NCBI RefSeq assembly: GCF_009914755.1
Contig: NC_060933.1
Reading direction: 5' to 3' (one strand)
Source: the human T2T-CHM13v2.0 reference genome, Homo sapiens
DNA: 64,000 nucleotides
Positions 51,545-64,000 of this stretch are shown piece by piece (the first letter of the stretch is position 1; every line of letters begins with the position of its first letter). Under the pieces are notes generated by a model that searched no databases, had not been told where the DNA came from, and saw nothing but the letters and a program-made list of their open reading frames with translations. Made by a program: the position numbers and the translations under genes.

Positions 51545-51945
51545 CTTTATTCACCAAATCACATGCTCTTCCCAATACCTGAATACATCTTTTGCATCTA
51601 GTTCACCTAGAAAACCCATACTCATTCTTCAAGACTGGGTTCAAATATCATCTCTTCTGAAAGGCCTCTTACAACACTCCACACCATTGCAGAGGAGGAA
51701 TAAGAGCTTCCTCCTCTGTGCTCCCATCACTGCTTACATGTGTGCACCTCTCCATTACAGTCCACATCACATAGTTGTAACTGTGTTTATAGGTTAGGCT
51801 TCTCCAGTAGACAGTGAGATGAATTCAAGAACCACCAGTCATATCTTTCATTGTATCCTCAGCACTTAATATAGTGCCTGCCACAGGGTAGGCATTTAAT
51901 TAATAGTTCTTAAGTGTGTGACTGAATTGATGAATGGATGTATGA
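51545..51945 (+). mobile_element. L2 3' fragment
   Basis: ACTCATTCTTCAAGACT...TCAAATATCATCTCTTCTGAAAGGCCT...TGTATCCTCAGCACTTAATATAGTGCCTG...GTAGGCATTTAAT...ATGAATGGATG. Confidence 0.8.
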
Positions 51946-52939
51946 AGATAAAAAAAACAGGTAACCCTCACATTTACATGCCCAGCAAAAAAAAAAAAAA
52001 TCTATTTTTCCAAGGAGGCAATGTTAATGCAGGATTTTATACTCTTGAATCAGGGCTCTGTGCTGAATTTCTATAGAAATGACTAAAAGCATCATACTCA
52101 TTCAAGGAAATGATATGCCTAAAAACTTTACAGTGGAAATTGTTTTAAATACACATATAAATTGGTTGAACAGGGCAGCCTAGTAACCAATCACTTGGTA
52201 TTGACATGTCGCATAATAATAATAGTATTTGACATTAGTATGTGCTTTGCAGTTTTCAAAGTACTTTTACATTCTCATATTTGTTCAGCTAATACTCATT
52301 GAAGGCTTGCTATATAGTAATCACTCTGCTATAGTGTGCCATATTGAGCTACAATAGTGAGCAAAATAGGCCTCATGGAACTTACAGTCTAGTGGAGGAA
52401 GCAGATTTTAAACAAATCATTGTATGGATCATTAAAACTGCAGACATAAGTGCTGTACATGAAAGGAAGAGATTACTTGGTGAGTCTCTATGACATTTTA
52501 CTTGATATTTACACCTTTGTCAAGGTTACAGACAAGTATTCATTACCACATGTTGAAGGTAGAATGGACAAAGTTTACAATGGGTAGCAAGAGAGGAAGC
52601 AAGATTAGAATTCAGTTCTTCTATTTCCAAGTTGGACTAGGTATTGAAAATGACTCCATGCTAAATTTCTTGAGGTATTGCTCTGGGCTTTCCAGAGACT
52701 TTCAGACTGAGGTGATGGTAAGAGGTCCCAGCTTTGTGAATGGGAAGGACTTGGAGGCCCAAAAGCAGACTTTCACAAGAGTGTATCAAAACTGAGAGGC
52801 TTGGTAGTTGTATTGGGTGTATGTGTTTGAATGAGTACATTTGTATGTAGCCATGCAAACGTGGGGGGAGGTGTGGTATTGAGAGGGATAGTGTGCATGG
52901 TATCCTCTAGTTCTTGTTAATTTAAATGAGATGGTCACC

Positions 52940-53140
52940 ATTTGAGTACTTATGACAAGCCGGGCATTTACATATATTATTTCCATTTTACAAATGACAA
53001 AAAGGTAGGAAGCCATGATAGCTGGTGCTTAGAGAAATTGAGGAAGTTGTCCAAGAATATGGAGCTAAAAGGTGACAGGGCCTGGATTTGAACACAGGTC
53101 TGTGACCTCAATATCTGTGTATGTTGCTGTACCCATTGTG
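52940..53140 (-). mobile_element. MIR
   Basis: CCATTTTACAAATGA...GCTTAGAGAAATTGAGGAAGTTGTCCAAG...GGATTTGAACACAGGTCTGTGAC. Confidence 0.7.
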
Positions 53141-53331
53141 CCTTCTACCTCTTGACCTGCACATCATATGGTTTTATAAATTTGACAATTGCTATCAACA
53201 GAACATTTCCATCATCTTTACTCTTACACTGGCACATAGACATTAGAGGATTCTCAGGACAATTGAGTTGGCTGCTTTCAAGCTATGAAGGCAAATGAGT
53301 TTTAGATTTGGGTAAGAACCTTCCATGTATG

Positions 53332-53370
53332 CACACACACACACACACACACAAACACACAAAGACACAC
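53332..53370. repeat. Imperfect (CA)n
   Basis: Direct read. Confidence 0.85.
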
Positions 53371-54299
53371 ATCTCTGCTCTGGAGCTTGTCTTTATAGCT
53401 CCACTTTCTTGCCACCAAGAAGAGACCTCAAATGTGTTTTGGGCCTCTCTGACTTCAATGGGATACACATGTGTGCATCTGGAGATAGCATTTGGCTGGC
53501 GGAGAAGAAATGAATTGTCATTTTCAGTGACCATAGAGAGAAAACTTGATCCAAGAGGCTCTTTTTACCATGGGAAGTAGCTTTGTTGGTAACAGTCCTA
53601 ATCTTCTTTTTCAGTGGGCAAACAGGGTAATAATGCTTTTTGCCAAGGGTCATGGGGAAGGGTGGCTCATGGGGGACTAGTTGACCATTCACGGGAGGAA
53701 ATAGAATCTCAGGAGCTGTAAAACCACTGCCATTCAACCCCGCTCCCAACAGTTCCAGCCCCTCATATTTCAGCCACTCATAACTTTACAACAAATTCTC
53801 CTTTTGGGATAAAAGTTTCCAAGTTCAGTCTCTGCTCCCTAGAGGCCAGCTTTTTATGGGAAATTTGTGCTAAGTCAGCAAAGCTATGCTCAAGACGGAG
53901 AAATACAAGACACAAGGCAGTTTCCCTCTGCCAAATTGAAAGAGACGGTCAGCAGGGAGTGTCCCCTGAGGTTGTGTCTCAAGGATGTCTCTTGTTTCTA
54001 AAGGTTTCAGGCTTGGATATGAGCATAGCAATGATGAGAAATAGGATCGCCAGTTTCAGAGATGTCTGGATCGATGACAGAGCCAATAAATGGATATTGC
54101 CAGTGAATGGAGACAGATGTGAGGGAGATTGGGAGGGAGTAATGAACAAACAGAGAGAGATCATAACACCGAAAATATTAATTGAAAAGGACTTCTTTGA
54201 TTCAGAAAACAAAAAAAAACAAACTACCAGATTTGAATGGGAGAACATCCTTCTTGAATGCACCCATGTTTGTGCAGGTAAGAAATCTCTCAAATTGGG

Positions 54300-55810
54300 T
54301 AGCTAATGTGTCCTGAGCATCTACCAAGTGCCAGACACCACATGAAGCCATTGGCATTGTGTTCCCACATTCTCATCACAAGCCTCCATGGCAGAAGTTA
54401 CTATCCCCATCTCACAGATGATGAAACAGAAGTTTGTTCATTCATTCAGTCAATAAATATTTTTGGAAAGTTTACGACGTGTTTAAAGCCACGAACAAAA
54501 CCATAATGTCCCTTTCTTAGGAAGGTCACATTCTAGTGGGGGCAGGGCAAAGACAGCCAACAAACAAGTACTTATATGTCAAGGAAGGATAAGATGGTGA
54601 AGAAAAATAAAGCAGGATGTGAGGTGACATTGGGCGGTCAAGAGCTCCCTGATGAGGTGACATCTAAGCAGAGCCCTGAGGAGGAGTGTCCTTGATGTAT
54701 TTGAGGATGCACAAGCAGGCCAAGTGGCTGGAGTGGAGAGAGCAAGGGAGGGGTAAAAGAAATGAAGTCAAAGAGCTAGTCAAGGGCAAGATCCTATAGG
54801 ACCTTGTGGGCCTTGGAAAGGTTTCAGATGTTAGTCTAATTGCAAAAGCAAGGCATTGGTGGGGGGGAGGGGGCGGGGGTCTATAGCTAGGGTACATGTT
54901 CAGCTGCTGTAATAATTTCATGACATCGAATTCTCACTCATGTCACATCCACAGGCACAGTCCAGAGTAGTTAGTGTGGCTCTGGTCCACCCTTCCCCAG
55001 GGTGTGATGGTGAACAACCAGCAAGAGGGGAAAGGAAGAAGTTGAACTTCCCCTTCCTTTAGAGCATGACCTGCACCTTGTTCACGTTCCTTCTGCTCAC
55101 GTCCCATTAGTTCCAGCCCAGTCACATGGGCACATCAACGACAACAGAGGCTGGAAAATAGAGTTGTTAGTCATTGGGTAAAATTCGGAAGATCTGTGAC
55201 TTAAGGGAGAAAGGAGAATAGATGTTTGGGAATAGCTAGGAGTCTGTCACAGGTTTTGAGGGAAGGAGTGACATGATTTGACTTATGTTTTTAATAAGAC
55301 TACTCTAAGGATCAGATGAAAAAATAGTCTGGAAGGCCAGGGTGGAATTCCAGTAGGGTGGAACTACTCTAATGAAAGTAGTTAGCAAGTGATTTTAATA
55401 ATTCTGGTAATGAATAATGATGGCACAGACTAGAGTGACAGGGCAGGAGATGGTGAGAAGTGCACACATTCTGGATATATTTAAAGGTAAGTTTAGATAG
55501 ATTTGCTGATGGGTAAAAACGTGAGGTAGGAGAAGGAGAAAAGGAAGTCAAGAATGACTCCTAAAACTTTGGGCTCAAATACAAAAAACAATGGACTTAC
55601 CATCTACCAAGATGAGGAAGGTTGGGTAAAGAGCATATTTGGCAATGAAATTGAGTTTACTTTTTGATATACTGAGTCAGAACTGCCTATGAAACATTCA
55701 AATACAAATGTCTAGAAGGAAGTTAGAATTTTACCATCTAATTTAGTAGGAAAATCAGGGCTGGAGATACAAATTGGGGAGTTGTTGATGCTGAGATGAG
55801 ATTTAATACC
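54300..55810 (-). mobile_element. MIR (about 54300-54435), then L2 (about 54437-55810) interrupted by an MLT1 fragment (about 54880-55250)
   Basis: CCCCATCTCACAGATGATGAAACAGA (MIR). TTCATTCATTCAGTCAATAAATATTT, GTGACATGATTTGACTTATGTTTT and GGAAGTCAAGAATGACTCC (antisense L2). GTCCCATTAG...AGTCACATGG...GAGGCTGGAAAATAGAGT (MLT1). Confidence 0.7.
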
Positions 55811-56725
55811 ACACACAGAGATGTAATGAATTTGTTCCAGGTGCTGATCTAACTAAGATCCCTCAGCCCGTGTTTGTGTTATTACAAAGCCTTGGCTCTT
55901 TCCATTGGGCCACATGAGCCATCTAGGACCTGCTGGTCTGCCTTTCCAGACCCATTGCTCATTACTCCCTCTCCTTCCTCTCTCTTTACACCCTGTTTCA
56001 ATTTTAATTTATGCCTTCACCATTTCACTAGAGAAGAGAAACAAAATATGCTTCCATCCAAGAGAGAGATCATGTAAGAAAGGAGTGCCTTAGTGGTAGA
56101 AACTCTGAAGGGTACATCAGAGGACTTAAGATTAAAACAAAGCTGAGCCCAAAAGCTGGTGGAATGGGCTCACCAGGAAAAGGGAATTGGGATTCCCTGA
56201 AGACACAAGTCACAGATGAAACAGTGGGGTGTGGTGATGGCTGAGCAGGTGGTAGAGGTTTGCTGGGAGAATAGAAAGAGGAATGCCTCAAGAGCCCATG
56301 AAGTTAGGTGAGGAACTTCTGGGAAGCCATTGGCATCTTTGAAGCCTGCACAGGAGGTGGGACTGGTCTTTATTTCACAGTTCTATTTACTTGGCCAAGA
56401 TAGCTGCTTGAAGAGCTATTCATGGGCAGTCATTAAGAACAGCTTTTATGAAGATGTCGTGAGGATTGGGGGAAGACTGGAGAAGAGTTTTGAGACTTTC
56501 AATAATCTTCCATTGATTTTTAGCACCTCTTTGTTTCTACCATGACTATGTTATCTCAAAAAGAAGAGAAAGATTCTGGAAGAATGAAGAACGTTGGGAA
56601 TGCCATCATTAAGGTTTGCTTTTATGGACTTTCCTTATTAATTCACTTTCCCAAGACCTATATTTCCCCATGAGTTGACTGACTGATGGAGACAAGGGAT
56701 TTTTGTCCTCCTACCCTAGAGGCCT

Positions 56726-57139
56726 TATTATAGGTTGAATTATGCTCCCCTTACAAATTCATAGGTTGAAGTCCTAACTCCCTATACCTCAAAATGTGAC
56801 CTTACTTGGAAATCAGATTATCGTGGATGTAATTAGTTAAAATGAGGTATTAGAGTGAACCCCAATTCAATATACTGGCATCCTTATAAAAAAGGAAAAT
56901 TTGCACCCAGAGACACCCATGGAGTGAAGGTTATGTGAAGAGACATGGAGAAGACAGTCGTCTACAAGCCAAGGAGAAAGGCCTGGAACGCCTCCTTCCC
57001 TCAGAGCCCCCAGAAGGAACAATCCTGCCAACACCTTGATTTTGGTTTTCTAGCTTCCAGCATTGTGGGTCAATAAATTTCTGTCATATAAGCCACCCAG
57101 TTTGTGGAACTTTGTCATATAAGCCCTAGCAAATTAACA
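56726..57139 (+). mobile_element. MLT1B-type solo LTR
   Basis: GGTTGAATT...GTTGAAGTCCTAAC...AATGTGACCTTA...GATGTAATTAGTTAA...CAAGCCAAGGAGA...AAGCCACCCAGTTTGTGG...GCCCTAGCAAATTAACA. Confidence 0.9.
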
Positions 57140-57598
57140 TTGTCCTCTACATATGTAACTTCAACAAGTATACACGATAAGATACCAAGCTTGGCCAGGG
57201 GACAAGGAACTTATATAAAAATCATTACCTCACCTCTAATTTGTTGTGAAGTTTGGGCTAGGCCCTTTTGATTTGTCTTTACTGATGCTTTTTAGAACTC
57301 AAGAGGCAGCTTTCAGATGCATTAGCGACCCTGGTGAAAACTGAGTCATGCCAAACACATACTCCTTAAAGAAAGTTGACTACACCAATTCAGGGGACAA
57401 AGAGAGAGACAGAAATTTAGATAATGCTGAGAGTTAGCCCACCACCCTACTCAATAGGTTTATGCCTCAGAATGAGTATGAGCTGAGAGGCAGAAATCTG
57501 TGGCTCCAATCTGCTGTTTTCTCCTGGTCTCAGTTCTCATGTGCCTTCATGCAAGAGCATCTTTCTGTGGCAAGAGTGGTTCCTGTCTATAAAGATGC

Positions 57599-58024
57599 CA
57601 TCTTAGTCCATTTGTGTTACTATAAAGGAATACCTGAGGCTGAGTAATTTATAAAGAAGATATTTATTTGGCTCTTGGTTTTGCAGGCTGTATAAGAAGC
57701 ATGGCACCAGCATCTGCTTCTGGTGAGGGCCTCAGGAAATTTCCACTCACGGTAGAAGGCAAAGGGGAGCTGGCATGTGCAGAGATTACATGGCAACAGA
57801 GGAAGCAAGAAAGGGGAGGGAGGTGCCAGGCTCTTTTTTTAACAACTGGTTCTCGTGGGAACTAATAGAGTGAGAACTCACTCATTACCACGAGGATGGC
57901 ACCAAGCCATCCATGAGGGATCTACTTCCATGATCCAAACACCTTCCATTAAGTCCCACTGTCAACATTGGGGATCAAATTTCAACATGAGACTTGGAAG
58001 GGTCAAATGAACCAACCTATAGCA
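57599..58024 (-). mobile_element. MSTB-type solo LTR
   Basis: TCTTAGTCCATTTGTGTTACTATAAAGGAATACCTGAGGCTG...GCATGGCACCAGCATCTGCTTCTGGTGAGG...GGGGATCAAATTTCAACATGAG...CTATAGCA. Confidence 0.92.
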
Positions 58025-58664
58025 AATGTCTATTTTCCATACCTCGAGGTGATTTGGGGTTTAAGATACTTGTGCTGTATGAGATGACTTTACCCCCATC
58101 CCCATATAGAAGGCAGCTGCATGTGAAGGTTTTCTTCTTATTGATCCAGCTGGTGTGAGGCACTTCTGGTAAGCACAGTGGCATTGGTGGTGGTGACCTT
58201 CATGTAGGCATCATACTCCATGACATGGATTGGAGTGAGCACAACAGGCCACAGAGAGAGAGTTTATGAAATTGCCTCTCCTCTCGTTCAAGTTGAATGT
58301 GACAATGGAAGGGTAAGACTGATTGGAAAGAGCAGGAAGATCATCTAAGCCAGTCATGTTTAAACTTTTCTTTTAAAGCATCAGATGGTTTTACTCAAGG
58401 CATACCTATGTGAAACCCACTGTAGAAAGGAGAAGCTTTCTCTAGACCAGAGTCATCCCAGGCATATATCTCAGGGGGCCAGGCAGGTAATGCAGCTGAG
58501 TGAAGTGGGAGGGATGCAGCTCTGGAGAACTGGGGAGAGCTGGCTGTCCACAGAGGCAGCCGCCAGTGGCTTTAGCCCTGCAGGCATGGGTCCCAGTGTT
58601 ACCAGATGCACTTCCAAGAGAAGCCAGAAAGCCAGATTGCTATGTGAAATGTCTTGATTTTTAA

Positions 58665-59835
58665 AAACTTCTGGTCTGTCGAAGACACTGTTAAAAGAGT
58701 GGAAAAAAAAAAAAAAAAACCATAGACTGAGAGAAAATATTTGCAAAACACATACCTCATCAAGTACTTGTATCCAGAACATACCAAAAAACTCAACAAT
58801 GGAAAAACAACCCGATTTAAAAATGAGCAAAGCTCTAAACAGACACCTCACCAAAGAAGATATACAGATGGCAAATTAGCATATGAAAAGATGTTCAACA
58901 TCATATATTGTAACTCATGGAAATTGCCAATTAAAACAAGATACTACTACACACCTATGAGACTGGCTAAAGTAAAAAACTGAAAACACTATATGTTGGC
59001 AAAAATGTGGAGCAATGGGAACTCTTACTATTGTGGAGCAATGGTAAAAATGCAAAATGATATGCTGTCTTTGGAAGACAGTGTGACAATTTCTTACAAA
59101 GCTAAACACAATCTTACCATGTGATTTAGCAATTGTGTTCCTTGGTATTTACCCAAATGAATTGGAAATGTATGTCCACACAAAAACCTGCACATAGATT
59201 TTCATAGCAGCCTTATTCATAATTGCCAAAATTTGTGAGAAACCAAGATGTCCTTCAGTAGGTGAAATGAATAAATAAACTGTGATACATCCACACAATA
59301 TACTTCTTATTCAGCACTAAAACGAAATGAGTTATCAAGTCATGAAGAGACATGGAAGAGTTTTAAACGCATTTTGCTAAGTGAAAGAAGCCAGTCTGAA
59401 AATATTACATACTTTATAATTCTATGACATTCTGGAAAAGGCAAAACTATAGATACAGTAAAAAGATCAGTGGTTTCCAGGGGGTAGAGGGAAGGGAAGG
59501 ATGACTAGACAGAACACACAGGGTTTTTTTTAGGGCTGTGAAGCTCTTCTGTATGATACTGTCGGTGGATACACGATACTGTGCATTTGCAAAACCCATA
59601 GAATGTGCAACACAAAGCGTAAAACCTAATGTAAACTTTCAACTTTAGTTAATAATAATGTACCAATGTTGGCTCATCAACTGTAATAGGCATACCTGTT
59701 ACAAGACACAAGATGAGAATAATAGAGAAAACCTGGTGTGAGGGTCCACGTGGAAGGGGGGAGGACATATGTGGGAACTCTCTGTACTTTGCTCAATTTT
59801 TCTGTAAATCTAAAACTGCTATTAAAAAATAAAGT
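58665..59835 (+). mobile_element. L1MC-type 3' fragment
   Basis: CATAGACTGAGAGAAAATATTTGCAAAACA, AACAGACACCTCACCAAAGAAGATATACAGATGGCAAAT and the end GGGAACTCTCTGTACTTTGCTCAATTTTTCTGTAAATCTAAAACTGCT. Confidence 0.92.
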
Positions 59836-59836
59836 G

Positions 59837-62160
<2,324 letters not shown>

Positions 62161-64000
62161 TATTGCCTTCTTGGACGGGAGGGAGAAGGGAGTTGGGGGC
62201 TGCTTCTGAAATGAAAGTAATTTACTCTAAAATGAATGTAATTTGGACACCAAATGCAGTGGAGAGCATCAGCCTCTAATAGAGAAAACATGATTTAGTG
62301 GTTGGTTTTTAAACTAAACAAATTTACTGTGGTCTCTAAATGAGTCTCATGACAAGACCAAAACATTTCTTTTGCCCCAGATTACCAATATCATATGTTA
62401 AGGAGAGAAAACCAGATGGCTCTTAAGCTGGTGTCGGTAGAAATATATATAGGTGGGCTGTTTTTTATAGCTGTTGGCATATAAAATAAGTCATTATTTT
62501 AAATAGAAAAATATTGATGATGTCATCGAGGCCATTGAAAGACACATCAACCTGATCTGATGAACTGGAAAATCAATAGATACTTTCCAAACAAGATGAC
62601 ATGCCTTTTTAATTGGTTGTGTGAGTGTGATATACTGTGTACTGCAAAGGTTCAAAGTTAATTCTCATTGGTTTGGGGTTTGGGTTGTTGTTTCTGTATG
62701 CAGGCGCTTTCACATCCACTTAATGTATTATTAATAGCAGTAATAGTACCTGCTATGTATGCTTTCATTCCAAGAAGGAATACATTTATTGGTTATGTTT
62801 GCTGCCTTATAATAAGAAGACTGGCATTTCTACCTACTTCTCAGGTGGCCAAAGGATAGTTGCCATGGGTTTGGTCTACATTTAACACAGGGGACCTCAG
62901 CCGAAGAATATCTCATTTCCCATGGGATATTAATTCAGAGGCAGGTGACTTTCTAGACAAATCCAATAAATTCTGGTTCTGGGATCTCTGAGCTATTGCC
63001 CTGGCTTCAAACAAAGCCCAAATGAACTGTGGAAACACAGCCTTGATGTTGAAACACCTTGTCGAAGAGGTCTCGAAGCCAGACTAAGTGAGGTTGAGAG
63101 GAAGGGAGGTGGTGTCTTGCTGCCGCACTGTGTGACTTCCGTTAGAAAACTGTGCAATATTTTTCTGACATGCATCTTCCTAAGAAGCAGGCCTGGGTAA
63201 ACATTAAAGGGTTTTTTTCCCAAAAGGACTTGACATGACTTTGTGTGCCTTTCCTTGACTTCACATCGTTTGGGGTAAATTTCCTATTGGAAAGCAATTT
63301 AAAGTCTTGAGAGGCCCAGGTGGGGAAAAGGCGTGAGTCCGAAAACTACCTGGGAGAGCAGAGCTGGAGGGAACCTGAGATCCTGCATTTAGTTAGTACC
63401 CCTTTTTGTAGATGAGGAGGGGTTCCAGCTTACACTACATCCTGATAAACGAGCTGAATATCAAGTTAAAGTTTTTTTAAATATCGACTTAGCTTGGCGT
63501 TGTTCAGGTAACACTAGAAAAGAAGAGAAATAATTTGACCTTCTGTGAAACTCCTGAAATACCCACATTTTGGAGAAAATGATACATGAAAGGAAAAGAG
63601 GAAAAGTCGGAGAAAGGGTCAGAAAAAAGGAAGAAGGAAAAGATGCGGAATGAGAGAGGAGAGGGTGACAAAGAAAATAGAGAAACTCCCATACCATACT
63701 CTCGAGTCCTCACATCATCTGCCTCCCAAATATTGCAGCGCTTTGTCCTGGCCACTGGGAAGTGGTCCCTTGAACCAAGAACTGTGTGAAAGCCATCAGC
63801 CCACAGGCAAAAAAAATAGCTGGTGTTTTAGACCCCCTCCACATATGCTTGGCATCTCTGGGTGATACCTAGTTATTTTCTCTCAGGAGGCAAAAATGCT
63901 AGGCACCCAGTTGTTATGAAGGGAGAGGGAGTGGAAGTGGGATTGTAAGGAGGTGGGGAGCGCAGTAGATGGAGCGTGGAAATGGGCAGAGGGCAAAGAC

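Overview
This window is primate, very likely human, genomic DNA, not prokaryotic. It carries AluJ/AluS elements, old L1M and L2 LINEs, MIRs, MaLR/ERVL LTRs and MER DNA transposons, and CpG is depleted overall. I find no supportable host protein-coding exon, RNA gene or CRISPR array. The supplied ORFs are transposon-derived, microsatellite-derived or chance frames. The most likely functional element is a short, very CpG-dense block at about 46.8-47.1 kb. It has a GC box, a TATA-like motif, an ETS site and a strong minus-strand splice donor, and it lies in a ~7 kb repeat-poor zone. This is consistent with a promoter/first exon of a minus-strand transcript that I cannot name. Other points of interest are evolutionary: an MST-LTR fragment that appears to have been retroposed as a polyadenylated RNA, repeated Alu insertion at one target, a 147-bp local duplication and an ERVL pol relic. 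I do not see evidence of a new biological system. Repeat family and subfamily names come from recalled consensus sequences, and boundaries are approximate unless a TSD is given.
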